The translations under genes and the position numbers were made by a program. Source: Octopus sinensis (lineage: Eukaryota). From it: a DNA stretch of 64,000 nt. Where the stretch lies: positions 41,044,001-41,108,000 of the forward strand of contig NC_042998.1 in the NCBI RefSeq assembly GCF_006345805.1. The letters are read 5' to 3'. The first letter of the stretch is position 1. Every line of letters starts with the position of its first letter. Below, piece after piece: positions 50,909-64,000 of the stretch. The notes under the pieces were generated by a model, which was not told the origin of the DNA, ran no database searches, and was given only the letters and a program-made list of their open reading frames with translations.

Positions 50909-53900
50909 GAAAAATAAGTTAGAAATAATAAAATAAGGCGCAAAATAAAAATCATTTGCTTGGTAAAATTAAATAAAGTACTTCAGAGAAAAGGAAATAA
51001 AAGTGTTATATTTGTAACTTTTGAAAGGGTATTATCCATGTAAATAAAAGTAAAGTGAAATCACATAAACCAGGAATTGAAACTGTGTAGTTGATTTGAC
51101 TCTATGGCATTTGTTCCTAATAATTCTAGCATTAGCACAAAAGCCACAGATATTGGAAAGGAGATAATTTAAATTGACTGGTTCATTATGTCAACATTGG
51201 AAGGATGAAAGTCAAAGCTGACTTAAGTGAAACTTGAATCTGAACATGCTGAAACTAGACCCTACAAGGCAGTCCCCCAGCACTCTAATGATTCTTTACA
51301 ATCCACCCTGACTGTTGAAATACAGTGCTTTTATTGCAAATAATATTGAAAATAATAAGGTGTTTAGTAAGATAACTTTGGTATTAAGCTGGTGTTTGGA
51401 ACATAAAAATAAAATTTGATGGAAGGTATTAATTTAGTTCACTTTAAAGCAGAAAGTTTGTTTCATAGAAGCAGAGTGGTCTAAGATGGGTTAGTGTCAA
51501 AATGATATTTACTTTTCATAACCTCAAAAAATAGTTATTTTAATTACCTAATATGAACTGTTATGATTATAAGTATTAGCCTTCCTGCTTTCATTTGTAA
51601 CTCTCTTTTTTTATTATGAATTTTCTCTTTTTAAGAAAAAATGCTATTATGCTATGGTCGCAACTTCTCTTGGAACTGTTTATAGAAATTTTCTAAATAT
51701 AATATACATTTGTTTAATCTGCTTTTTTTTGAATACATATATTACCAGTTTCTTTTTGACCAAGCTGTCCTTGAATGTTAGTTAATTATACTAGAAAAAT
51801 TAAATGTTCAAAGTGAGTTGTATGTGAGAGAGCATGTACTGTATTTGTTTCACAAGATTCGTATTAGATGCAGATATTGTTGTAATTTGGAGATGGTCAA
51901 TCTGCCATGAAATGCATATGCACTAGTTGTGTAATTGACCATGGTGATGTATCCCTATTCCCTACAGACATTCTACTATATTCAAATTATGTAATAGCAT
52001 ATTAATATCACAGAAGTTCACAAAGACAATAAAGCTCCTCAATGCTCATATGAGAATGTGATGTCACACCTTTTAGCCAAAGAGTTAAACTACAAACAAC
52101 TTGCAAGACACCAACAATATCATACCTGCACATTATGGGATTGAGAAGGATCATAGATCTATCTCTGATACTATTGCTGGATCTCCAGCTAATCCTGTTT
52201 GTGGTGCCAACATCCTTTGCAACACAGGTTGTTTCACTTTGATAGTCATTTACCCTCTAGAGTGTTTGCAGATTCCTCTTTAGTTGGATCAATGACTATT
52301 ACCATTCATGCAACTTTAAAGATAGCATTGTAGGAAGCATTGATATCCACCTTTCAGTATTGATTTTGTTGTTGAGAAATACATGAAAGTAATTTTCAAG
52401 AGTGATGTGATAATGTATGATGATAATACCAAGGAACTGAGGGTTCTCTTAAAACTCGTATGAGTTAATGATGAGATTACTAAACATGATTTTAAAAGAT
52501 TTTGCTCCATAAGATCTAAATGAAGTAGTTCATTTACCATTATCTTGTCTATAAATAAGATCCCAGTAAGCATTGGTTTAATGGAATAAACCTGTCTAAA
52601 CTCTCACAAACCTCAGTCAAATTAGAAGTATGCTTAAATAGTGTTTATACTTGTATAAACAACACATTAAGTGGTATATTCATATTTAATTTTAAACTAT
52701 GTATACAAGAGAAAGATGTGACCCTCAGTGTCAGTCTCACTGGAGATGTGGCCAACCATTTTTAGGTATAATGCAATAGATTACTTGGTAAATATCTAAG
52801 AGAAAGGTCCATAACTGTGATAATGTAATTTTGTCATAGACCCTTGACATTGAAATAACTTAAGGCAGATTAGATGAGTGTGCTATGAAAAGCCCCCAAA
52901 ACATAGCAAATTCCACTCACTATGGTTCTCATACTGAGAAATGCCAGACCACAAAAATATCAATGAAATCCTTCTTTGCCTTTTTGTGGGACACATTCAA
53001 AAAGTTTCAAACTATCTTAAATGTAACAAATTCTCTGTTCCCTTTACAAACCTCATAGCCTCATAAGAAATATAATACTAGAGCCTGAATGTAATAGTGA
53101 CTACCCATGTAACATTATATTGTAATTACAGCACGATTGTGAATGGTCATGGTTAATTTTCACTCCTGTCACCACCTCAAATTCGTGTTTTAGTCGCATG
53201 CTAAACTTCCACAAATTTTGGAATTCTATGCCATAAATTTTCTACAAATTGAGTTTCATAACTAGTACACTTTATTTTTAGAGGAAGTCATGCAAAATGA
53301 TAATTTTATAATTATAGATTAAAAATTTATTGGTTATTTAAATCCTCCAACATCCTTTGGTTTTCTTTTACTCCCAATTCCCTCTCAAATTTTTTGTGTG
53401 TCTTGTCTCATGACTACTTCATTTCATCCTAGTCTATTCTTGTCTTGATGTCTTCTTTCTTCGTAAATAATCACGAAACTATTCTATGAAAGCATTTACA
53501 TGCTTTTAGCCATTGCCAAGAACTATAATTGTTTGAAGCTCAACTTGACATCATGTGCATTACTATGGGTGCAGGCAGAATGCTACAAATGGGCTAACAG
53601 TTGTGAATATAATTTAATAATAAGACAGAATAGAGTTTTGGCAATAATACCATGTTGCCTTTTAAAATCATTTTATCTACTTTGTTGTAGGTTTGTTAAA
53701 TTTTAATAAAATTGCTGTTCTGTTATTAAATTAAGCCTTCAGCAATTTCATCATGTTTGAATATTGTATTTAATTTGACAAATGCAAACTAAAATACAAA
53801 ACAGAAGACATATTACTTTATTTTACATTAGAAATGTTTTCTTTTCCTTAAAAATAGAAATAGTAATAAAAAATTTTATATGGAAAATTTTGTTTTCATA

Positions 53901-54207
53901 TTCTGATAAATATTTAGAAACAATGTTGTATAACTTATTCTGAATTAATGTTATAAATTAACAGTTTTTTTTTTTTTAGTGTTTAATTACAAAAGTTAAT
54001 TTAATTTTTCTTATTTTTGTAATAATTCTGAATAATTTCTTTATTTCCCTGTTATTTTTTTTTGAGTTAATTCAAGGAAACAGTAAGAATATGAATTGTT
54101 TGTCATTGAAAATGTCATAATTTTCAAATTCTTTTTCCATCATTATTTCTTTATATTTTTAAACTATTTAATCTTCAGAGTTTCAATATATGCTAATTAT
54201 TTAAACG

Positions 54208-54208
<1 letters not shown>

Positions 54209-54245
<37 letters not shown>

Positions 54246-54257
54246 CTCTCTCTCTCT
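54209..54257. repeat. (CA)n(CT)n microsatellite
   Basis: Direct reading. Confidence 0.95.
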
Positions 54258-56327
54258 CACCCCCTCCCCTTCTCATTCTCTCAAAACATGACTGAGACAA
54301 ACATTATCTGTTCAAGTAGAAAGTTTGACAGATAATAGTCTGATATAATTTACATCCATTTTGTAATTCCATATATCATTTCCGAGATGTATGTAGTTTC
54401 ATGCATTGTACATTTCTTTTCATATGCATTATTACACATGTTAAACAGATGTACATGTAACTTGTAAATAATATAGATTACATGATCTACAAATGTAGAT
54501 ATTGTTTTTCTTTTTATTGAGGAAATTAATATTGCAACCAGTGGAAATAAAGAGATTAAAATTAAATTTTGATCTCTTTATTTCTTGTGTGCTGATTAAG
54601 CTCTTTAACCAGGAATTCAGGACTTCATCAATCCTAGGAACCTTTCAATTGCTAGAGATTTTCAGTTGGTAAATTCATTACTAATCATACTGTGCCACAA
54701 TTGTGGCATTTCTTTCTTTTTTTCTTTAGTTTCCTATTTGTTGTATAGCTTCCTTGTATATTTTAGTTCCATGTGCTCTCTTAAGCAGAATAGTATTTTT
54801 TGTTAGTTGTATCTTCAATTGTGGTTGTTATTAGTCTTTTAATGTCTGTGGAATTTTGTCTGAAATTGGTCATTCTGATAGAAGAGCATCTTATTTTTCA
54901 AAGTATCTTATCCAGCATTTATTTGCTAGGATCAGTTATTTCAATTTTTCTTTCACTCCAGGCATCTCTTTTCTTAATATTGTTCATTATTGATAGTTTT
55001 TCTCTTTCTTTTGTCAAATATGTGTTGTGTATTTTTCTTTCTTCATCACTACTATGGCTACTGAGTAAATTACATTATTGTGGATTTGCTTGAGGAAAAT
55101 CTTTTGAAGGATCTCATTGTATTTGACAATTATTTCGTGGAGGTTTTTGTTTATTTCTTTTCTTTTTATCTCGATGTTAGACCTGATCAAGCATATCAAA
55201 AGCATTCCAACCATGACCATCCCATCCATTTTTTCCAGTCATATTATTTATACTTTAGAGAAAACTTTATCAAATAGCTATTTCTTTCTTAAAATAGCAG
55301 GCTGTGATTAGATGAAGATTTGGTTGCTATTTTTAGCAAAGCAAGTGACTGCATAGAGGATTTATTCATCATTTGAGGAGGTGTTTCTGTTGATCAATGT
55401 TGATGAATTTTGTTACAGTTTTTTTTTATTTTGTTGACTCTGCTTATATTATCATTATGCAGGATATTGTTAAGGTTTCTAGTTATAAGAGGGGCAAAAG
55501 TATACTTTTGTTGTAACTGAGTATTGGGCTGGTTATTTCTTAGGAGTTTTTTTCTCTCTTTAGTTTTGTATTGTGTGTGTGATAGTATGGCCTTTTCATT
55601 TGTAGTCAGTTCTGCTTATTTCTGAGATTTCAATGACCTTAGCTTTTTTTCTGTGGTTGGGTTATTATTTTCCTTCGTGAATTTTTATGAGCTGTTCTAT
55701 TTCTGAGGGGTTTTTTTGTACATTAAAAAGCTGCATATATTCACATTTCATTTGAGTTTCTTTTTAAAGCTAAAATTTGAGAAATAACTCAGGGCTTTAG
55801 AGAATTTATATACTAGCTGAAGGGAGCTATAGTATGGCTGTATTAAATATATTGTTTTTGGTCTACTATCTCATTTTCATTTTAAACAATGAGAGGTGAA
55901 GGAAGTGAGTCTTCTTTTTGGAAGCAACTTTATTGGAAAGTTACAGCTTCTGGCATTCATATTGCATTGTGATTAAGTTATCAAATAAGTGCCCCTCATT
56001 TCCCTAGGTCACTAAGTTTTGTTTTTCTTTGTAATTTTGTGTGTATTGTCTATTATACTTGAAATATTATTGCCTTGTTCATTGCAGTTGCATGATGATA
56101 CTGTAAAGAATGTGTTTTGTGCATAATGAATACAAGGAAAACATAGAATACTAGCTTTTTTATTATTTAGCTTTTAAGAAATCTTGGTTGAGCAGACCTA
56201 TGAGCAAAAAATCTTACATACCACTATTTCATTTAATATGAGCCCTCCTAGTTTTTCTGAGATAGCGGAGGGTAATTTGAGTGTAATATTGGTTGTTATT
56301 TCTAGCCGGTTAAATGACCACTTACAG

Positions 56328-56548
56328 CAGTGGTTCCCAAAATGGGCAGTACTGCCACCTTGGTGGGTGTTGAGGAAAAGTTGGATGATAATAGGATGGC
56401 CCAGGAGTGGGTGGTGGATGTAAAAACAACAATAATGGGTTAATTAGGTGAAGTTTTATTTGTGAAATACTGTTGTTTTGAATTTGCTGCAGAAAGTGGT
56501 CTATGTTTGTGGGGGTGGGGGCAGCCTGAAAAAGTTTAGGAACCACTG
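56328..56548. mobile_element. hAT (Charlie-like) MITE, 221 bp
   Basis: cagtggttcccaaa ... tttaggaaccactg TIRs; 8-bp flanks acttacag / acttagag (7 of 8 match). Confidence 0.8.
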
Positions 56549-58946
56549 ACTTAGAGGCTCCAATATTGTGCTTACTGGCATCACCATCTACTTAGTTTGA
56601 TAGTTCTGTGCTGCATCTGTTCTGTTATTAGTTCTCATCACATTTACAGTTCTATGGTTATGTTGATATTCATCTACACTTCTTTTGAGTGTGTGTGTGT
56701 GTATTACTCAAGTCATTGCTTGATAGAATCAGTAGACCATTGAACACAAGACTGTGTGGTACTTAGTTATATATTTTAATTTCTGGATTCTAATTCAACA
56801 GAGGTTAACACTTTACCTTTACATATAAGACTGATAAACGAAAATTTCTAGTCAACTACTATAGACAGCCTAACTGAGTAGCTCACTCAAATTTGAAGCT
56901 TTGTGTCCATGTTAGAAATCAATATCATTATTATTAGTTCTACTATGTTGCTGTAAACTTGGTCTCTGGATTCGTTTATGTTGCTTTCTTAGAAATAGCA
57001 TCTCATTTTTCTTCATTCTTTCCTAAACTGTAAATCATTGCAGAATATGAAGATATTACCTTGTCAAACAATTCCGCCAACCATATTAAGAAAGTAAATA
57101 GATGTTCCAATTGTGTGATTGCATTAGGATTATGCTTTAAAAATTATAAATTTATGCTTTGCAAATTTATATATAAAGCAATCAATTTTCAGCAAAGAAT
57201 TACATATGTACTAATTTTGCAAAATTCTCTTGAGCAACAAACTGAACTGAATTGAGGATTTAGCATCAATATTACTCTGGTAAAACTTTTCAACAGCCAT
57301 GTAAGGGTTGCAATTGAAAATCAGATTTTTAGGTGAATGAGAAGGCTTACACTTGAATGTATCAATGGTGATAATGATTTCACGATTAAAACAAAAACAA
57401 CTTAAAAAAAGAAAATTATAGTACTTCAGTAGCTTCAGCAGATTAGGAGTTTTTTAATAGATTGCTTAAAGTTTTTTTTTCTTTCTATGATCTTGTAAGA
57501 GCATTAAGAGACTTGTCAATAAAGATTTAGTAGATTCTATCAGATAAAACAGGGAATAAAACAAGTTAGCTAGATATACAGATGATAGGAAGATATCTTT
57601 TTTTTTTGAATATCATAGGCAAACATGTATAGACAGATTATTTCTATGATTAGAGTCAAACTGATTTGGTAATTACACTAAATGTTAAAATACATTTTTT
57701 CCTTTCATATGTTTTAAAAATATAAGATGCTGGTTTTTTATTATTTGCCACACTTAGAATGATTGATTACAGTATGAAGATAATCATTCATATTACACTG
57801 GTCTATAACAATTTTGCTTTTTGGGAGTTGAAGGTGGTTTTACACTCAGTTTTGGATGTTGATTTCCAAATATGACATCAGTTTTTGACTAACACATCAA
57901 CTCTAGTTTATTAGCATCATATGTAGGAGTTGAGAAATTACTTGTTTTTAGCAGTTTAGAAAATTTACCAATATTGTTAATTCTTTGTTTCAAGCCGTGC
58001 TAGTAATTTAATTTTGAAGTATTTTCAAGCTTTTTCTAAAGATGAAAGTCATGTGTGTTTCTTATGAAGCTTATATACACCACAACTAACTAGTTGCTAT
58101 ATTACAGTGAAGTAATTAGAGAATAACACTTCAATGTAATAGGGTGATAATGAAAAATCAATATCTACTACAAAATAAGGCATACAGTACAGCATAGTGC
58201 AAACAAATGTTTTTGAGATTAACTCCCTAAAATTAAAGAAGTATCTGTTCTTAAGTCTTAACGTCTTGTTGAAAATTTTCAATTTCAAAGCCTTAGTTCT
58301 GTAATGTTAGAGCAGAAAATACCTAATGCTTATAGTTTCTTTCCTTGTGGTTAGGTTATTGTGAAAATTGGCAGTATTGCAGAAAAGGTTTTTTTTTTTT
58401 ATGTAAGCATTCACTTATGCCTAAAATAATGTTGTGCATGTGTGGCTGTTAATTGTGCAATAACTAAATAAAGAAAACTAATACACTGAAAAAGAAAAAG
58501 AAAAATTAGTATTTTTTTTTACCAGCAATACTTGCAAAATTTTCCAATGTCCAGCCATTTTTTGATAACTTGATAAAAAATTGGACAGATCAGAGTCAGA
58601 CATTGTGTGTGCATGGAAGAAATGCATATTTTCCTCAGGTTATCATATCCAAAAACTTACCTGCCATTAAGTCATCAATAAAGTTATCTAATATGTTGTT
58701 ACGCAAAGATTGATTGGTGAACATTTTCAAAGAAAGTTTCCATTAAAAAAACAAATAATATAGAAAATATCTTTAAAATGCAGCAACAATGGTATCAACA
58801 TAAATAAGGAATATTACAGAATGTAAATATGTAAATAAATGAGTGGGAGGTATTAAAGTTTTCTCCCTTAGATTAGAGGGTTTATAACTTAGTATTTAAA
58901 AACTAAAATGTTAGCAAAGGTAGATTAATTCATGTGGTTTCATGTA

Positions 58947-59160
58947 CAGGGTGTTCAAAAAGTCTCTCAGCAGTAAGTATTTTATTGCAAAATAAATATT
59001 TATATGATGGTATAAGACTGCAAAAGAATATATTTGCCTTTGCAAGACTTTAAAAAACATTATAAGATGTGCTGAAAGTGTTGTCCTTCATTTTCAATAC
59101 ACAAGTTGACTCTTTCAATACATAAGTTGACTCTTCTACACGTGTTTTGAAATACATCTT
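58947..59160 (-). mobile_element. Solo 3' end of another Tc1/mariner element
   Basis: TA|cagggtgttc terminus; minus frame RVNLCIENEGQHFQHIL* typical of the transposase C-terminus; 21-bp tandem duplication at 59093-59134. Confidence 0.65.
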
Positions 59161-59831
59161 GGAGAGTCAAGATGAAAAAAAACCTACTGCACTATACTGT
59201 AGTATAGAACTGACAGACAGTTATGGTATTGTATGAATTAGTGTCAAACAGGATGATAAATTAACTTGCTGAGAATATTTTTATTACTCAAGAAACATTG
59301 GAAAGTGTATGTGTACCTTATGTAGAATAGCCTGTGAACTTTGAAAGGTTATGGGAGAAGTAGAACTGTTAAAAATGCATCTTTGTTTAGAATTTTCCCC
59401 AGGTTAGTTTGTATTCAATACTGTTTCTTATTTAATTCAGTATGAGTTGATGACATCTTCAAGTACATAGGCCAAACAAAAAACTAGGTTTTATATTGTA
59501 TTTCTAGGTTGGTTGTCATTAAAAGGTAAACATATAATCTCATATGGCTAGTATTGGTGGGCATAAGAAGTGATATCTTCTATTATATTTGTGGACCCTT
59601 TGCAACAGCAATACAGCAGCAACATGTTACAAATTCTATTAGAAGAGCATATTTCATGAGTTTTTATAGAGAAATAAATGATCAAGATTATCTATAGGTT
59701 CCTCATTCTGCTAAAAAATTATATCTAGTATTGAAAAATACTATTAAAACAGTTTGAATTAATTTTGTTATAATCATTACATTCTCTGAAATATTTTTTC
59801 TAACCTAATTCTTAATTTTAATACATTTCAG

Positions 59832-59987
59832 ACTGAAAAAGCTCAATTGGATGTTAAATTTGTAGAGTTTGAAATCTCTCTGATGAAAGTCAAAGATTGG
59901 ATGAATAAAGCAGAAACGGTCATTTCAAGTCATGAGCGTTTATCTTCTGAACAAAAGGTTTCCACTGTAGAAAGAGATAAAATGAAA
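59832..59987 (+). CDS. DMD: Dystrophin exon 13 (156 nt)
   Basis: atttcag| TEKAQLDVKFVEFEISLMKVKDWMNKAETVISSHERLSSEQKVSTVERDKMK |gtaaga; spectrin helix-A Trp; not in the ORF track. Confidence 0.88.
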
Positions 59988-61372
59988 GTAAGATATATTG
60001 CTATTTTGTTTTCTTAAACTCTCTTTTAGCGATTATAGTTTTAGCCATGCTGGAAAATTACCTATTCCTTCATGTTATGATTTATTCCTTAAACTTTAAT
60101 ATTATGCCATGTTAATATATTCTGTTATTCCAGGTCACCTTTGTTTTACATTGCTTTTCAAAATGAAAACATGCAAAAGCTTCCAAACATATCTAAGAAG
60201 ATGGAAAGTTCAAATTTATAGTAGCCTTACCGTTTCGTATGGTTTAACTTTTAATTACTGCATGTATGAAAATGATGTTTCTTAAGTGTCAGTTATCATC
60301 AATTAAATCCTAAGCATTTTAAAAACATAAATTTATTCCTGAACATACCAGTAAAGAAGGAATTGTTTACATGCATGCAGAAAGTTTCTGAAACATCAAA
60401 TGAGACATGCGGCATTTTTAACCTAGGGTTTACACTAAATAACTATTATATAGCTAATAATTATACAACAACTGCACAACACTACAATTATACCAATAAG
60501 AAATAAATAGAGCTGAAGGATTTGTTGATATTGAAAGGGTCTCTCAATCTGTGCAACAGACAGATTATATAAAACCTGTAATTGCTTTGTTGGTAGTGAG
60601 GCATGATTATTGATGTGAAAGATATGTGGAGGCTGAAGAAAAATACAAGAACTATAATCTTCTAGATTTGTAATATTCACAATGTGAAGCAACTCTCACC
60701 AACCTTTTGTTTGGTGAGTATGTGATTGTATGGGTGAAAGAAGACAGTGCTGTGAATGGACAAATGTTAAATGAAAATACACCAGATACTGCTGCTGGAA
60801 AAGAAAAAGGTGCAATTGAAACTGCAGATGCTGTCTTTCAAATGAGATGTCAAACACTTAGTGGAGTCAGTACATATCATATGGTAGTCCTGTTCAGTAC
60901 ATGCCAACAAAAAAATTGATATTGATAAATATATTCATATTGATATTGATAGATATATACATAGCTATGTATGTGTGTGTATATATCAAGGACATACCAT
61001 TGGGGTAGGCAAGGTAAGAAATTCTCACCTACATTAAAACTATGAATATTTATTAAATAAATGATTGATTTCCAGTAGTACATTGCAAAAATGCTACTTC
61101 AATGTTTGTAAGATAGTGTTTAATTCAATAATCATCTAATATTTTGATGTTATAAAGGCATAACTTCTTAAAACTTTTAAGTTCATTGTATACCTTAGGT
61201 GTAATACAATTGAACCTACATGCTGTGAACTCAGCTCTAAAAGTACATTAAAAATGAGGTGGATAATATCAAAAATTTTTCTTCTTCCGTTAAATGTCAT
61301 GACAGTGAAAGTGTGTACATGTGAGTGCTTACATGCCATGATTGAACTAATTTTTATTTCATTTATAATAAA

Positions 61373-61417
61373 CTAGCAGAGATACCCGACGTTGCTTGGG
61401 ATTAAAATGGCATAGTT

Positions 61418-61460
<43 letters not shown>

Positions 61461-61614
61461 AGTTATAATGTTTTAATCCTAATGAAAAAAAAATTACATG
61501 TTGACACTCACGGGTTCTGATACTATTACCCTGTAAAATTTGAGTTGATTTGGTCGAGCCATTTGAGAATGCATAGAAAACTGACAGAGATATAAAGAAT
61601 TTCATATATATAGA
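61373..61614 (-). mobile_element. Non-autonomous Helitron, second copy or subfamily
   Basis: Minus strand A|TCTATATATAT ... cccaagcaacgtcggg tatctctgCTAG|T; internal (TA)n at 61409-61455. Confidence 0.78.
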
Positions 61615-61634
61615 TTTGTGTGTATGTAAATTCA

Positions 61635-62490
61635 TGTGTGCGAACTGCCATGCTTCACGACAGTGAAATATGGGCCATGACTGCTGAAGACATATGTAGG
61701 TTCAAAAGAAACGAAGCTAGCATGATCTGCTGGATGTGTAATGTCAGTGTGCTCACACAACAGAGTGTAAGTGCCCTGAGAGAAATATTAACATAAGAAG
61801 CATCGGATGTGGTGTGCAAGAGAGACGTTTATGTTGGTATGGTCATGTACTGCAGATGGACGAGGGGATCTGTGTGAAGAAGTGCCACTCCCACACAGTG
61901 GAAGGAATCTGGGGTAGAGGGAGACCTAGGAAGACATGGGATGAGGTGGTGAAGCATGACCTTCGAACGTTCGGCCTCACAGAGGCAATGATAAAAGACT
62001 GAGACCTCTGGAGATATGCTGTGACTGAGAAGACCTGGCAAATAAAATGAGTTCACAGCTGTAACTTACACCAGTGTCTCATAACCAGCCCACTCAAAAG
62101 TACCTTGGATCGTAGGGCGACATGCCATGCTTGAGGAGACCTATTGAGTCAAGTACATCAATATCAAAATCAAATCATATTACAATCAAATGAAAATTGT
62201 AGCTGTGCCCCACCGTGCCAGTGGCATGTAAATAGCACCATCTGAACATGGTCAATGCCAGTGCCGCCTTGACTGGCTTCCGTGTCGGTGGGACGTAAAA
62301 AGCACCATCAGATTGTAGTCGATGCCAGTTCCTATGGCCCCTGTGCTGGTAGCACGTAAAAGGCACCCACTACATTCTCAGAGTAGTGCCAGATCAGACT
62401 GGGGCCTGGTGCAGCCTCCTGGCTTCCCAGACCCCAGTCAAACTGTCCAACCCATGCCAGCATGGAAAATGGACGTTAAACAATGATGAT
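61635..62490 (+). mobile_element. RTE LINE 3' fragment with 3' UTR
   Basis: ORF 61814..62002 WYGHVLQMDEGICVKKC...GRGRPRKTWDEVVKHDL; ends ggacgttaaacaatgatgatga. Confidence 0.88.
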
Positions 62491-63747
62491 GAGTGGTTAT
62501 TTTTGTTTATGTGCATATCTTAGCACAACTCATCGAATCTTTATTTATTCTAGTGTGAGTGTGTGTGTGTGTACATATGTATGTTAATAATAATGATAAA
62601 GCTTTTTGTTTACATTTTATTTTAGTAAAGTAGAGCCTCCTGTTGCCCTGAACCTTGCATAAGAAATTGGGTTGACAGAAACAGTGAAAGTTCATCTGAT
62701 AGACTGCGTCTATAATTCAAAAACTAGCTTTGTCATATACATAAAGTTGTGATGGTACTACCTATAGGTTAGCTGAAAGAAACAGGTGACAATAGAATAC
62801 TTGGCCACTTATACTATTATTCAATAAGAAGGCAACTCAGCTTATTAAATAGTAGGCATGCTCCTCTGCAAAACAAACATCGGGTCCAATAACTTTTATT
62901 TTATGTATGACTCTGTATGTAGGTTTATTGTTTACAAATAAAATAAGAGTTCTTAGTACATAATAAAATGCTCCTTGACAATCCCTTCCTTAGGTGTCCC
63001 AAGTTGCATACACAGTGTATGCACAACACTATATATCTAAAATGCACCAGTTGGACCTATTCTCATTAGTTAAGGCAGGTCACATGTTCAAATATTTGAG
63101 AGATCTGTAATGACATTATTGCTGGCCAAAGCACTCAGTCCAGGTGTCTGATCATTGCCAGAGAACATACATGATATATGTAGAATTTGTTTATCTTGGA
63201 CTTGAAATGGCAGTGTTTGGAAACTATCCAAAAGAAAACTTCTCCAATATCATAAAAAAGTGTTGAGTACATAATGTGTACAGTGTTTGTGGAAGAGGAA
63301 AACCTAGAAAGATATGAGATGAAATAGTGAAAACTGATATCAAGATGATGAATCTTACAAAAGTGAATAAGGGACCATTACAATTGATGATATGCTGTAC
63401 TGGAGAAAACTCACTCATTAGCCATGATGTTCTCTCTGCTCCCATCTGTCTCTCTTTCTGTCACTGTTCTCTTGCAGCTTTCCCATTTGGAATGCTTTCA
63501 TTGCATTCATCTACTTTTTTCCTACCTCCTGCCTCTCTTTCTCTCACTATACTGTCCCCATTGCTTCTGCACCACAACATATTCTGTGGATGGAACTCTG
63601 ATGGTCTCAAAGAATAAACAGATAAATGGATTTAAGAACGTTCTTGTTCCAGACTGAACATAAAGAAACTTTATAATATAAAAATGAAACTCAGATGTAA
63701 TCTTGTCTTTAATATAATGTCTGAAAGAAGAGTTGTTCCCTATTAAC

Positions 63748-63886
<139 letters not shown>

Positions 63887-64000
63887 TCTATCTATCAAGG
63901 TTGGTCGTGTATGTGCAGGTCTTGGTAACATTTATTTTATGAAAAACTAACAATTGCCTATGCATGTAAGTTTCCTCTTTCTATGCCACTGATGTTGTAC

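Noticed and set aside
51840-52260. Possible RTE/BovB-like RT remnant (LHIMGLRRII)
   Set aside because: A single weak motif; not enough to annotate
60707-60919. 70-aa ORF after exon 13 as a possible next dystrophin exon
   Set aside because: No spectrin-repeat pattern and no convincing splice sites

Overview
AT-rich eukaryotic genomic DNA with no prokaryotic features. The window holds the middle of a dystrophin-family gene on the + strand: 13 GT-AG coding exons (94..59987) that splice into one open 2244-nt frame (748 codons) of spectrin-like rod repeats. These resemble human dystrophin roughly R7-R14 (human exons 23-36, recalled from memory). The gene starts before and continues after the window. 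Introns are dense with transposon relics: two Tc1-like copies with DD36E spacing, two non-autonomous Helitrons, RTE, L1/Tx1-like, Jockey/I-like and possibly RLE-type LINE fragments, tRNA-derived SINE families, hAT-, piggyBac- and TA-type MITEs, and microsatellites. The SINE repertoire looks like what I recall from Octopus genomes; this is an inference and I ran no search. The most interesting signals are a minimal hammerhead-ribozyme-like motif antisense in intron 12, an AG|GTAACA recursive-splice-like exon start, near-conservation of the human DMD exon architecture with specific intron differences, and inverted repeat pairs that could form dsRNA. All alignments and translations were done by eye. 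Exon and terminal-repeat coordinates were counted directly; internal repeat boundaries are approximate.
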